64,000 nt of DNA from Octopus vulgaris (lineage: Eukaryota): the NCBI GenBank assembly GCA_951406725.2, contig OX597825.1, positions 23,126,001 to 23,190,000 of the forward strand, given 5' to 3'. The position numbers and the translations under genes are program-made. Below are positions 28,081 to 43,639 of this stretch, in pieces. Under the pieces are notes generated by a model, which ran no database searches, was not told the DNA's origin, and worked only from the letters and a program-made list of their open reading frames with translations. Numbering within the stretch: position 1 is the stretch's first letter; the number at the start of each line of letters is the position of its first letter.

Positions 28081-28489
28081 ATAAGGGGAATAAGACAAGG
28101 TAGAGAATATTAAAATTATTTTATCATGAAGTACATTTTAGTACCGGTTTCCGCCTTTTAGACGTTTTCAACTAACAGTAAAATAAGAAAAACAATTAAA
28201 TTCGAGAAAACAATTAAGTGAAATGTTTTGTAGATATTTCCATAGTCTTCATATAGTCTGTCTGTTTCTCTCTCTTCTAGAGAGTGAGAGACAGACAGAC
28301 AGATAGACAGACTATTTGAAGACTATGGAAATATCTACAAAACGTTTCACATAATTTTTTTTCTCCAATCTAATTGTTTTTCTTATTTTACTCTAAGTTG
28401 AATAAGTTTAAAAGTTCGAAAACTTGTACTAAAATGTACATCATGATAAAGTTATTTTAGCATTTTCTAGTTTGTCTTATTTTCCTTAT
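28081..28489. mobile_element. ~410-bp palindrome: head-to-head pair of HHR-bearing units
   Basis: Left and right ~200-bp arms are imperfect reverse complements centred near 28277; HHR in each arm. Confidence 0.75.
28138..28175 (-). ncRNA. Minimal HHR-like motif, U3-A8 variant
   Basis: Minus TTAG-TTGAAAA-CGTCT-AAA-AGGCG-GAAA-CCGG-TA-CTAA. Confidence 0.7.
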
Positions 28490-28702
28490 ATATATATATA
28501 TGTATATGTGTGTGTGGGTGTGTGTGTGGGTGTGTGTGTGTGTGTGCGTGTGTGTGTATGTATGTATGTATGTATGTATGTATTATATTTCTGGATGATC
28601 GTTTTTTTTCTATTAACAATAGCTCTTTCAACACACTGTTTCACATCAGGAATCTTGCAACACAAATGTGTGTGTGTGTATGTATATATATGTATATATA
28701 AG

Positions 28703-28745
<43 letters not shown>

Positions 28746-29439
28746 AAACAAAAGGAATGGTGTCACCGAGAATCAAGCGCAGAATGTTATGTAAGTCTCG
28801 TGCACATGGAATGCACAGAAAAATACCAAATGGTTATAAGGCTCTAACTCTATCCATTTCCTACTTGCCATCACTGGCTGTTCTCGATTCTGTGCAAAGA
28901 ACTTTTCAAGACTAAATGTGCGATATTCGTCACTAGGGGGTACCAGGTCTGTTTCTTACGTTCACATGCTGAAAGATTCTTCCAAGATTCCAATATGATT
29001 GTTTGTAACTCCAGCATTCCTATATACTGATACAAATCTCTTGGAAAACATTTTGAAACGCAACTTGCACAGTTCTCGTACAAATCCTTGTTTCGAAAGA
29101 AGATGCTGAGACTCATATGGAATATGTGGAAGCATGTTTGAATTAACTACTTCCCACAACTGACTCTTCAAGACTGGCCGCATTGTCCTACAGAAGTTAT
29201 TATACCGTTCATTCCACTGTCCATGTTCCATGGTACTCCTGTTTCTAAGACAGGGACTTTGTTGCGTTAATGACAGCCACAAACTGAGAGAAACTAAATC
29301 GTGTCCGTAGATTGATCTATTGGTAAGAAAAGCTTTAAATATATGTGCGTTCCCAGGAAATAATTTTGCAAGATAATTTGCCGATTAATGACACCAAAAT
29401 ATTTCAATTATAAACAACAGCAACAACAACAACAACAAC

Positions 29440-31370
<1,931 letters not shown>

Positions 31371-31805
31371 TAATAATAATAATAGTGCTGTTTTCGACAA
31401 ACGTCGTATGCTGGTAATGTTAATATTATGGACGTAGTTATGACCCATTCATTTAGAAGACAGAAACAAAACCGAAATATGCCTTCTATATGCAGCTACA
31501 GATTTCAGACATATGTTACATTTTGCTTCGTATTAATGATATATTGAGTAAGCATTAAAAAATTCTTGGGGCAAGCCTTTGGATTCTGCTTTCATCAGAG
31601 AAGGAAAATTATGATTCTTTACTAATGCTGTTGATCATTGTATAAATGAGGATATTAGCAAAATAAATGTTTCCGATCATGTTTGATGACATGTCTGAAC
31701 CATTATAAAATGGGAATTCTAAGAATCTCCAACATTACTGAAGATCCTTGTACATCATTTGAAGATCCGACTAAAAGAGATAAGTAGTAATATTTTACAA
31801 AATTT

Positions 31806-31922
31806 CAGCCATTTTGACGTTTTACTGAGATTTTTCTCGAGAACACATTCTTCGTTGTAATGGCGATATGACGTCTATGTTTAGCATATTAGGTGTCCAC
31901 TTTAGTGGTTATTCCTCTTAAT
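31806..31922. mobile_element. Partial copy of the MITE at 32371-32605
   Basis: gagaacacattcttcg...tagtggttattcctctt matches its right arm. Confidence 0.75.
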
Positions 31923-32370
31923 AGACTTCGATGAGACACTAACTTATTTACATAAACATTGTTGAAGAACGAAAAACACGTGTCGATGCAAAGAATTGAA
32001 ACATTCTGTCGCGAAACTGATATTCACACTTAATCGATTACAGCTTCCAGTTTGAATAACTTTCACAATGACAATCAATAAACCCTGTTGCCAGTCATTA
32101 AGTAAAGTATTTCTAGCCATACCAACTGACCTATGCGAGCATGGACAACTTGACGTAGATCTGATAAGAACTAAAATGGAGATTGCTAGTGTCAACGTGG
32201 GGGGAAATGTCAACCTTTTGTAGTGACGTTTGGTAGTATTAAAACTTACTTAACTTTTATATCATATTTTGTTTTATCTTTTAGCCAATAGCATTCATCA
32301 TTGTTGTGAACAACAATGGCTTCTGCTGTGTAAAGAGACTGCGTTCACACTGACAAGTAATATATATATA

Positions 32371-32605
32371 CATACAAAATTAAGAGGAATAACCACTGAA
32401 ATGGACACCTAATACGCTAAACATAGACGTCAAGTCGCCATTACCACGAAGAATGTGTTCTGAATAAAAATTTGAGAAAAACGTAAAAATGGCGTTTTGC
32501 TGAGATTTTTCTTGAGAACACATTCTTCGTGGTAATGGCGATTTGACGTCTATGTTTAGCATATTAGGTTTCCACTTTAGTGGTCATTCCTCTCAATTTT
32601 GTATG
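32371..32605. mobile_element. Hairpin MITE with TA flanks
   Basis: ~90-bp arms CATACAAAATTAAGAGGAAT... / ...ATTCCTCTCAATTTTGTATG. Confidence 0.85.
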
Positions 32606-32691
32606 TAACACAATTTTTAATCTTCCGACTTTTTAAATATGCTAAACCACTGGTTTTAATTGATTAATATCAATTTCTACCCTTATTTTAT

Positions 32692-32743
<52 letters not shown>

Positions 32744-32746
<3 letters not shown>

Positions 32747-32950
32747 CTGCGATGGGTAAATTGTCGCCATTTTATATCTTTAATTTTCCGTATGTGCATT
32801 GTTTTGTTTAGGATTTTGTCAACTACACTGTATAGTAGAGTCAGATGGGTACTGTCTGTGACGAAAACAACACGGAGGCCTACACCAAGTGCCTAGAGGA
32901 GGTAGTGCTGCTCTGGGTGAATAGGATCGCTACTAGAAGACCCTATATTT
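32744..32950 (+). pseudogene. Tc1/mariner-superfamily (maT/DD37D-like) internally deleted remnant
   Basis: NTEAYTKCLEEVVLLWVNRIATRRPYI resembles the segment before the second catalytic Asp; starts at (TA)n. Confidence 0.55.
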
Positions 32951-32959
32951 GTTAACAGG

Positions 32960-33290
32960 CTACTTTTACTTCTTTAATTTTCAAAATCGAAATAAACAAA
33001 ATTCCTTTTTAATCTAAAATATACTGTCCCTCATTTTCTACAAAATTCACTTGTCCGTGACGAAAAATTCTCCTCCAGTATTGTTCTGACCTCATCTACA
33101 GGATTCATATTTTTTCCATCCAAATAATTTTGAAGACTGCGGAATAAATGGTAATCAGATGGGGAAATGTCAGGCGAATATGGTGAGTGGGGCATCGTTT
33201 TCCATTCAAACTGTTCCAGCCTTTGGAATGCCATCCTCCCTGTATGTGGCCGAGCATTCTCCTGATGGAAGAACACCTTTCGTCTTGAAT
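32960..33290 (-). pseudogene. Mariner transposase C-terminal remnant
   Basis: HQENARPH...PHSPYSPDISPSDYHLFRSLQNYLDGK (YSPDL.P.D motif). Confidence 0.9.
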
Positions 33291-35019
33291 GGCACTGGTT
33301 CTGAACCCGGAACGATGTGGTTGAGAAACAATCTTCTTACTACACAATCACAAGTCCTTACTTTCATATTTTTCTGTCTTTTCTCCCTTATACGTCTTCT
33401 AATACTTGCATGACAATTTACAAATGCTGATAATGACAGTTCAAACTTTGCAACTGGAAAAACTGCTTTTGATAGTTCGTCATGAATTTTATATTTAGGC
33501 CGAGAATCATGGTTTGTTAAACCAGATTTGTGATTGTGTAACTCCACAATTTACTCAGTATGAATATCAAGACATGGTCGACAGGACACTGTGAAGGTAT
33601 GCCACGCGCTCTCATTCTCAGTTGAAGTCGGTGCTGCAGATTTGTAGCAGGGTTTGTGTTCTGTTTCCTACAGAATATTGATCTTACACCAAACAAATGA
33701 AGTGAACCACCAACGATATAGGCATTGCAGCTGAAACCAACCCTACGTCGCTGTGGTTGATAAGAGACCGCAGACGGAACCCTTCTGTGATCGAACACTA
33801 AATCAGTGTTCGCTGCCCCACTCAGGTGAATCGTATTACCTAAGGGGGCGAAAAGGTTGGAACCTAAGATGTATTCAGATGGTACGGAAGCATTTCCAAT
33901 ATAATGAAGGATTCTGAAGACAAGCGTGCAATAATTCTGCGTAGCCCCTACGTTTTCTATATACGTAGGGCGAAGCATTTCCGATGCTACTTTCACCTGT
34001 AATTCGCTATAATCTCTTGCTATCGTGTTTTATTTTTCTCTTCCAATTTGAAAATTGCGAATTGATTAGCTCAGATTTTTAATACATTACATGGGTATAG
34101 TTGTGAAATAGCGAGAATTAGCTTTAAGAACACCTAGTTTCTTCTGAGTGTCACCATATGACAAAGTAATTGCCGTTATTAACATTTTATTGATATTAAT
34201 ATACGGCACATTTACATCATTTACATGCTACAGAGAGCAGTCAATATATTTCAACTAAAATCTTTCCGTCTTAAGCAAAATGGAAGACATTAACCCAGCA
34301 TGTTATTAGTAGTAAAAGCTTAGTAATAAACATGTACCACGCCACCAATAGTGAAAACTATATCTCTAGAGGCAAACTATTGCCAAATTGCGCTGCCAGC
34401 AGTACATAAAAATTTTATAAATTGAATAATTATGTAACATATGTGAATAATATTACAATACATTAACTATTTATAATCATCAAGATATTTTGAGTTTTAA
34501 ATTAATTTTAAACAGCTTTGAAATTTTATATTGAATTGATGAATTAAATACTTAAACCAAACTAATCTACACGTGAAATGATTGCTTGAACATTTTGCAC
34601 AGAATATATAAAATATTACGCATTAGTTTTAAAGTGGTTATTATATAATATAATAAAAATAAACAATGCAATAACCTACAAAATTTTACATCACTAGGCT
34701 TTAAATTTTTCAGTTTAATTCTTTGGTCTATGAACACCACTGGAAAATTGATGTATTCAATCATTTAATACTATAATAACTATGGTTCCTCTGCGAATTG
34801 TTTTGCCATTATTGTTCGTTCATAATACAATATGAATCAAAGTATTTAAAAATAAGTTTAAAAGGTTTTATTTGATTGCTCAGTTAATATGTCTGATTAG
34901 TCTAAATTCTCATTAATATAAATTTGTAAATAAAATACTAAAAGTAGCGTACACTAGCCTGCAACACCAAACTTTTAGTAACCCAAAATATAGCAAGCAA
35001 TACATGCTAATTTTTTTTT

Positions 35020-35205
35020 TTCGCTTGTTTCAGTCACTAGACAGAGGCCATGCTGGGGCACCACTTTGAAGAAACTTCAGTCGAATAAATCGACACCGGT
35101 TTTTATTGTATAAGCCTGGTACTTATGCCGAACAGATAAGTTACGAGGACGTCAGCACACCACCATCGGTTACCAAGCGATGGTGGGAGGACAAACATAG
35201 ACACA
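35020..35205 (-). mobile_element. SINE family C 3' part
   Basis: cttgtttcagtc...ggccatgctggggcacc matches 356-400. Confidence 0.7.
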
Positions 35206-35208
35206 CAA

Positions 35209-35248
<40 letters not shown>

Positions 35249-35367
35249 TTACATATAAATATATATATATATATACTTACGTATATATATAGACTTAAAT
35301 ATACATATATATATATATATATATACTTACATATGAATATATATATACTTACATATATATATAGACT

Positions 35368-35416
<49 letters not shown>

Positions 35417-35875
35417 GAGGGGCTGCTTATATATCCACACATACATGCATACACATATATATCAACATTTTTAACTTGGTTAAATGTAAACATTTCTTAA
35501 GGCAATGGAGAAAGACAATTAAAGTGTACACCGGTGCCTTTTTAAGACTATTCTTGAATGTCAGTTCCTCTCAGTAAAGGAGCGGTGGTCTTTAGAGATA
35601 TAAATCATGGAACTTTTAAAACCATGTGGAGTTTAAACAAATGCTTACAATACAGGACTTAAAAGCTTGGCATATTATCAGTGGTTATGTCAAAACCTTC
35701 TAAGAAATATCAATGTTTCTTTCATATACAGATGCATTTTAGAACTTTCCCGGATGCATATAAAAAATGGACTGTTGGATGTAGTTAAGCACACTTTAAA
35801 TATTCTGATTATGATTTATTTCCAGCAAATCAGTGTTGTAATCGCTGAATAAGGAAACGATTTCAGCAGAATATC

Positions 35876-36107
35876 CATTTCTTTAATGCCCACAAGGGGC
35901 TATACATAGAGGGGGCAAACAAGGACAGACAAACGGATTAAGTCAATTATATCGACCCCAGTGCGTAACTAGTACTTAATTTATCGACTCGGAAAGGATG
36001 AAAGGCAAAGTCGACCTCGGCGGAATTTGAACTCAGAACGTAGCGGCAGACGACATACGGCTACGCATTTCGCCCGGCGTGCTAACGTTTCTGCCAGCTC
36101 GCCGCCT
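35876..36107 (-). mobile_element. SINE family B monomer
   Basis: Flanking duplication tttca(g/a)cagaatatc. Confidence 0.92.
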
Positions 36108-36555
36108 TTTCAACAGAATATCAGTACAACAAAAAGAGTATAGCGGGGACACAGCAAGGATTTGGAAATGACAGCATGATGGCTATCATTTGTTGAAATC
36201 GGCTACAAGAAGGATTTTACAAAAATATAACCATATTCTCTCTTTTCTTCAAGTAAACCAAACCAAATTGCGTGGCATAACACCAGGCCAGGAATTTCTC
36301 TGCTTCATTCGTTTTGGAATGTCTTCAATTTTATATGATGCATTCCTGCCAATAACGTGAATATATAGTTGGCGTTATTGACGAAAGTCTCCGAAATATA
36401 GTATCGTATATGATCTCTTGCAAAACAGACGTCAACATAGTCTACGCACCGTTGGACAACGACATTACAGATCAGTGAAATACAACTACAAATTTCCTCT
36501 GCTAGTTTTGTGTTCACCTCAAGGAATGCTTTGAGGCCTCATGAGAAGCTTGCTG

Positions 36556-36598
<43 letters not shown>

Positions 36599-36686
36599 TT
36601 GTGTCTGTGTTTGTGTCTATGTATGTATGTATGTAAATATGTAGTATGTATGTAGGTAGGTATGTATATTTGCATGAATGTATATA

Positions 36687-36723
<37 letters not shown>

Positions 36724-36766
36724 GTATATATACACATACACTTATACATATATATACATATATATA

Positions 36767-36802
<36 letters not shown>

Positions 36803-36908
36803 CTTACACATACATATACATATATATGTATATGTGTGTATATATATATATACATACACACATATATTTATACATTTATGTGTGTGTGAGTGTGTGTGTG
36901 AGTGTGCG

Positions 36909-36981
<73 letters not shown>

Positions 36982-37137
36982 ATGTGTGTGTGGAATAAGC
37001 GTCCGAAAGTGATTTGAAAAGTTCTAATTTTCTTTCCGATGAAAGACAACTGTATTTTGTTGTGTAGTGTTATTAATACCGATATTACCAAAGAAAGTTC
37101 CAGTAAATTCCCTTTGCAATTGTTTTCTTATCTACAG

Positions 37138-37248
37138 AAACCAACAGAGGAGAACATTGAAGAATGTACAGCTTCCACCTTCGCTATTCTCAGCAAGAAT
37201 CTGTTAATACGAAACAAAACACCTGGGAATCAGTTTGAACTACAGACG
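37138..37248 (+). CDS. Candidate 111-nt symmetric internal exon (KPTEENIEECTASTFAILSKNLLIRNKTPGNQFELQT)
   Basis: Pyrimidine tract plus tacag acceptor, G|GTAAAT donor, one open frame; no homology recognised. Confidence 0.25.
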
Positions 37249-37420
37249 GTAAATAAATGTATGTATGTATGTAGTGAGTATGTGTGGGGTTTGTATGTAT
37301 ATGGGTATGTATGTATTATATATGTATGTGGGTATGTATTATGTGCGCATGCATTTATGTTTGTATGTGGGTATGTATGTATGTATGTATGTATGTATGT
37401 ATGTATGTATGTATGTATGA

Positions 37421-37453
<33 letters not shown>

Positions 37454-37890
37454 TGTATGTATGCATGTATGTATGTATGTATGTACGTACGTATGTATGT
37501 ATGTATGTATGTATGTATGTATGTATGTATGTAGTGAGCATGTGTGAGGTATGTATGTATATGGGTATGTATGTAATATACATGTATGTGGGCATGTATT
37601 TATATTTGTATGTGGGTATTATGTATGTGTGAATGTATGTATTATGTATGTGTGTATATGTCTGAGTGTACATGTGCACGCGTGTCTACACACACAGAAA
37701 CACATACTAACAAATAAATGCCTATCTAAATATATATCAATATATTATGTGGATGTATGTGTACATATTTATACGAATGTATATTCATGTATATTTGTGC
37801 ATCAGATTGTATAAGTGTCTATATATGCACAATTATATAATCACGTACATTTGTGTAGCAGTAATGCGTGTGCGCTCGTGTGTGTGTGTG

Positions 37891-37950
<60 letters not shown>

Positions 37951-38429
37951 TGTGTGTGTGTTTGTGTATGTGTGTAGCTATGTTTACATATGAATAAAAA
38001 TTTTAAATGGTTCTAACTGCGAACTCAACCAGCCCCCCGAAATAGTCGTCATTACATATCAAGACCTGTTATATATACACATTGCAGACGACCGGGGAAT
38101 AAATTTAACAAATTCTAGGATTATAAAGATTTTTCCGACAAAATTGCGAACACGAATTAAATTAGCTAGTTATTTCTCAAAGGACATTTTCTGCTATTTT
38201 CCTTTGTATTGTTTCGGTTTAATATTGTTTGTATATATATTCAATAATATCAAGTAAAGCTCAACCATTTAATGATAAATAACGGGTATTGATCCTGCTA
38301 CTTACAGGTTCCAAATGCTGAGAGTTTTTATTTGCTTTGAATTTGTTTTTTTAACATAATTGTTACAAATAAAACAGATAACGATATTTCGTATTCGTCA
38401 TGTACAAATCTACTTATTGATTGATATTC

Positions 38430-38790
38430 TTTCCTCTTCTAGGCACAAGGCCGGAAATTTTTGGGGAGGGTGGGTGCCTGTTGATTACATCGACCCTAGT
38501 ACGCAACTGGTGCTTAATTTATCGACGCCGAAAGGATGAAAGGCGAAGTCTGCCTTGGCGGAATTTAAGCTCAGAACGTAAAGAAAGACGAAATACCTAT
38601 TTCTTTACTACCCACAAGGGGCTAAACACAGATAGGACAAACAAGGATAGACAAATGGATTAAGTCGATTACATCGACCCCAGTGCGTAACTGGTACTTA
38701 ATTTATCGACCCCGAAAGGATGAAAGGCAAAGTCGACCTCGGCGGAATTTGAACTCAGAACGTAACGGCAGACGAAATACGGCTACGCAT
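38430..38790 (-). mobile_element. Young SINE B joined to an older SINE B
   Basis: Junction gacgaaatac|ctatttc at ~38597. Confidence 0.85.
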
Positions 38791-38811
38791 GTATTTAAAA
38801 GGGCCGGCCAC

Positions 38812-39159
38812 GTCACATTTTATGTCACGCAAAATCTCCCTCAGAACTACGTCACATTTTATGTCACGCAAAATCTCCCTCAGAACTACGTCACATTTTA
38901 TGTCACGCAAAATCTCCCTCAGAACTACGTCACATTTTATGTCACGCAAAATCTCCCTCAGAACTACGTCACATTTTATGTCACGCAAAATCTCCCTCAG
39001 AACTACTTCACATTTTATGTCACGCAAAATCTCCCTCAGAACTACGTCACATTTTATGTCACGCAAAATCTCCCTCAGAACTACTTCACATTTTGTCACG
39101 TAAAATCTCCCCAGAACTACGTCGCATTTTATGTCACGCAAAATCTCCCTCAGAACTAC
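38812..39159 (+). repeat. 39-bp minisatellite x9 inside a SINE A fragment
   Basis: Unit gtcacattttatgtcacgcaaaatctccctcagaactac; SINE A sequence continues on both sides (38791-39275). Confidence 0.92.
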
Positions 39160-39914
39160 GTTAAGTCTTCACACGTCTGTGGAGTGCTCAACCACTTTCG
39201 CGTTAATTTCAATCAAGAGCATGATATTTCTGTTGATAGGATCAACTGGAACCCTCGTCGTCGTAACCGACGGGGTGACAGTAACCACCAAAACCATCAT
39301 CACCACCAACACCACCATCACCAGTATCGCCGTCTTTCAATTCTTGTCATATACCACACTGAAAACTTATACATAAGTCCTAAGGCATACCTTGAACTCA
39401 GACCATTTGTCTCTAACACAAGGATAGGATTTTCAATGTTCTTAACTGGATGCCTATACTCGCTGAAGACCGTCTACATGAAATGTCTAAATATCAAAAT
39501 ACTATAAATATCTTCTTGTGGCTTAGCTACTTGTCTCTAACTGTTTTCTAATGCTATTCTTTAATACAACCTCTCTACTTATTTTTATTCATAGCTCTGA
39601 TAGAGTGAATACACAGATATATGTTATTCATACATAACTAGAAACATCGGAAAATCGTTGCTTTCGTCTGCTGATGTGTATTGGGAATGTATTCTGCAAC
39701 ACATAGACGTATTAACTAAAAATAAAATGAACCATTATTTATATGTTTGTACGTCTGTATTTTATCTGTATGTGGAGAAGGTAAATGCTTGGAGTAGAGA
39801 AGAGAACATAGGTCGATAAGTAAATAAAACTCATACAGCTACCCAATCGTTTTGCTAATTAGATCGACGAGCAGATAGATAACGAAATAATGAATGAATG
39901 GTTATTTTGGGTAG

Positions 39915-40292
39915 AGGAATAATTCATAGCCGTTTTTTTTCTTTTGCCGTTTTCAAATTTAAAAATGCACACAGAAATAAAACGCATTGGCAAAATATTT
40001 TAGATTAGTTAAAAGAGAAGTTTTTGTTATACAAGATAGTGTGTTTTGATTTTTTTAAATTTTATTGATTTTTGTGTATTTTCAGATCCTCAAAATGGAA
40101 CCCAAAACTGAGCATTTTCGGAATCATTTGCTCGTTGCATTTCATCGAGGTGTTAAGCCCGCCGAAGCTGCTCGTGAGATGTGTGCTGTGTATGGAGAAG
40201 GAGTAATGCTTCAAAGTACCGCCCACCTTTGGTTTTCACGCTTCAAAAATGGGAATTTTGACCCCAAGGATGGATCACACACCGGTCAACCA
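39915..40292 (+). pseudogene. Mariner 5' end and N-terminal HTH remnant
   Basis: MEPKTEHFRNHLL...AAREMCAVYGEG...WFSRFKNGNFD...TGQP; truncated at (GATA)n. Confidence 0.88.
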
Positions 40293-40375
40293 ATAGATAG
40301 ATAGATAGATAGGTAGGTAGGTAGGTAGGTAGGTAGGTAGGTAGGTAGGTAGGTAGGTAGGTAGGTTATATCGTG

Positions 40376-40747
40376 GCACTCCGTCAGTTACGACGACGCG
40401 GCTTCCAGTTGATCCGATCAACAGAACAGCCTGCTCGTGAAATTAACGTGCAAGTAGATGAGCACTCCACAGTCACGCGTAATCTTAACGTAGTTCTCGG
40501 GGAGATTCAGCGTGACACAGAGGGTGACAAGGCTGGCCCTTTGAAATACAGGTACAACAGGAAGAAAGAGTTAGAGAAAGTTGTAGAGAAAGAGTACAGC
40601 AGGGTTCGCCACCACCCCCTGCCGGAGTTTCGTTGAGCTTTGGGTGTTTTCACTCAATGAACACTTACAATGCCCGGTCTGGGAATCGAAACCGCGATCT
40701 TACGACCGCGAATCCACTGCCCTAATCACTGGGTGATTGCGCCTTCA
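40376..40747 (-). mobile_element. SINE family A
   Basis: Reverse complement of 25145-25527, diverged. Confidence 0.9.
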
Positions 40748-40774
40748 CACAGATTATATAATCCACTAATATAT

Positions 40775-40995
40775 ATTTCTTTATTGCCCAGAAGGGGATA
40801 AACGTAGAGGGGACAGACAAAGGGATTAAGTCAATTACATCGACCCCAGTGCGTAACTGGTGCTTAATTTATCGACCCCGAAAGGATGAAAGGCAAAGTC
40901 GACCTCGGCGGAATTTGAACTCAGAACGTAACGACAGACGAAATACCGCTAAGTATTTCGCCCGGCGCGCTAACGTTTCTGCCAGCTCGCCGCCT
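40775..40995 (-). mobile_element. SINE family B monomer
   Basis: Flanking duplication tataatccactaatata. Confidence 0.93.
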
Positions 40996-42579
40996 TATAA
41001 TCCACTAATATAATAGACTACAACCTTCTCTCTCAAATGTAACCTTTGGCTCAAACCTAGAAACCGTTGTGGTATAGAATAGATATGAAAGTGATATTAG
41101 AAGCCGTGTCCAATAAAATTCGAACCCACACTGCAAAACTTATGCTGTGTTCTGCTATTTTTACTGACTGGCGTCTCATTTTATATCGTCTCGCTTCCAT
41201 TCTGATAAATATCGACCGAATCAATAACGTGGTTGAGCCGTATTATCTAACTAAACAAGAACATTTGGCAAACTTTTTTCATTTATATTTTAAGACCAGA
41301 TATGTAATATAACTGACAAACTTTATATAGAAGTCATTTATTCATGTTGTTCCAAAGATATCATATACGAAAATTATTGATCGCCCTCTGTTTTATGTAA
41401 GGAAGACTATGGTATGCCTAACATTAGACATATGCATGCATAAGTGTGTTATGCATATAAGCACGTATGTTATGCATGAATGTGTATATGTATGTACGAT
41501 GTAGGTATGTATATGTATATGTATGTACGTGTGATGTATGTTCTTGATTGGTGTTTTAGAAATTTTTGACCCCCGTCATGTGTTCGGTAGTAAGGTCGCA
41601 AAGAAAAGGATCTTGTCTGCTTCACCATCTTTCTTCCAACCATTCATTCTCTATATTTTATGGGGGGTCTTTGCGTATGTATCTATAGCGTGGAAATCAC
41701 CAACAACAAAAACGCCTTCAGAGTTGCTATATCTGCAAAAACTGACATGAGAATGAATATATTATCTTAGCAATAAAATGGAAATGGTTAATAAGGAAAC
41801 TTTGGGTTGTTGAAAGAATTTGTAGATGCTTCTTTTTCTATTTTCTTTATATAATGAATTTTGGATATAAGATTGTCGTTAGTTATCGGTTTCTAATCAC
41901 TAACTCGCTGCGTTTCTGCTATTCAGATTGATAAAACCCCAGTCAAAGTAGCTCGAATAAGATCAACGTTGGTAGGTATTTTGTTCGAAACACCGGTTTA
42001 TCTGCAATTATATTCATCTCACCAATATTAACGTTTTGCTGATACATATTCACGCATATATATATATTAGGTAGGCGTCGAAATTTTGTATTCTGATTCC
42101 ACATATTGCTTGGAGTTCACTTTGGGGTAAGAAATAAATTAACAAATTTTAAATAGTAAGCGACCACCTTTTCCCCTCGAATAGCCACCCCCTAATTCTG
42201 TGTTTTGAATACTGAAAATGTAAGGAATTGTAAACATGTTTTATTGCTATTAACTTTGCATTGGTTAAATATTACCCATATAACATTTTATAAATTATAT
42301 GCAACCCCACTTCCACCTGAAAAAAAACCAGTTATTGGAATCTTTATTTATATAGTTCGCATTAATTTTAATTTTTCTTATTAAGAAACCTATATTCAAA
42401 AACGCACTTTTGACGAAAAAAAATGTAAATTCTTAATGACTATTATGATATGCAATAAAAAAAAATATGCACGAACCTCAAACGAAATACATGAACAGTG
42501 AACACCATAAAATAAACATTAATAGTATTTACTATTTAATTAAATGGCCATTGTCTTTTTCAGTCGAAATGAGGTAAAA

Positions 42580-43110
42580 CTTTATTTTGTTTTCTGTCCT
42601 TTTAGTATGAATTTGTGCCTATTTTCGTAGCCTGTTCTGACTTCAGAAGCTTGTGTCACTAAATTGAAAGCATAGCCAAGGAAGAGGTATTCGCTATGAC
42701 AGTCAGTTCTTTTTATTTGTTTGTTATAATGCGTGCAGATACATATACCAAAATATTTTATTGAAATCCAGATATTTGATAATGTCTTATCAAAACTATC
42801 TCTTCTATGCTTGGTAGGTATTTTGTTTAATTTATAATCAGATTCAATCAATCTCTCAATTTTTAGAGTTATTCCCTCAAACCCAATATAAGAAAAAAAA
42901 GATTTTGTCCCATAGTGTTTGCATATCTGCAGCAACAATCCGGTAGCATCTTTCACTGTAGGTGAAATGTTTGATATCTGTTCTTCACGTTTTCTTATGT
43001 ATAAATGTCAGAATACATCAGTCTTCGATGGGGTCATTTCTGTAGGAAATTCTACAGAAAACCCAAATGCTGAATTATGGTTTTTACTTTTAGTTGCTAT
43101 TATATAATTT
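42580..43110 (-). pseudogene. Decayed DNA-transposase N-terminal region (hATm-like, tentative)
   Basis: With one stop and a frameshift: ..FGFSVEFPTEMTPSKTDVF*..IVAADMQTLWDK..I..KIERLIE.DY.LNKIP..ICIC.H; family assignment from memory. Confidence 0.4.
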
Positions 43111-43592
43111 TATATACTTAAATTATTACAGTTTAAATTTATGAAGGTATTTTTGTAAAATTATTATACAATTTAGCTCTGAAATAATCTGAAAAACAAA
43201 ATGATTTAACAAATATATAAATTTTCTAAAAAATCAATTCATTGAACACAAATTGATAAGTAATTTTACCATATTGGAAGGATACCTACTTACGAATTGT
43301 CTTATATCTCAATTTTTTTGCTATTTTTATTCATCAGATGATTTAAACAAGGTTTCTACAGTGAAACATGATCAAATGTTTCATATCCATACGAAATTTA
43401 GTACATATGTGTTAGTGGTGTAAGAGATTATAAGATTAATATAGAAAATTGGAGTATTTAATTGTGGGGGTGTATGTGAGGGATATTAGGGGACAAATAG
43501 CACTATCTTTGTATATATATTTTGTTTAAAATACTATTTGGAACTCTGTGACTACCATATAATTAAGGTTCCTTAAAAAGTGATTGTTTCGA

Positions 43593-43636
<44 letters not shown>

Positions 43637-43639
<3 letters not shown>

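Noticed and set aside
28871-29282. Overlapping minus-strand ORFs
   Set aside because: Only faint Tc1/mariner-like words (DNAAS, LPHIPY, IILESW); too weak to call gene or transposase
38812-39159. CRISPR-like regular 39-bp repeats
   Set aside because: No spacers, eukaryotic context, unit derives from SINE A
39450-39652. Two loose CTGA...GAAA motifs
   Set aside because: No adequate helices
41924-42004. HHR-like TTGATAA...GAAACACCGGTT
   Set aside because: Stem II and helix I registers do not fit without several indels
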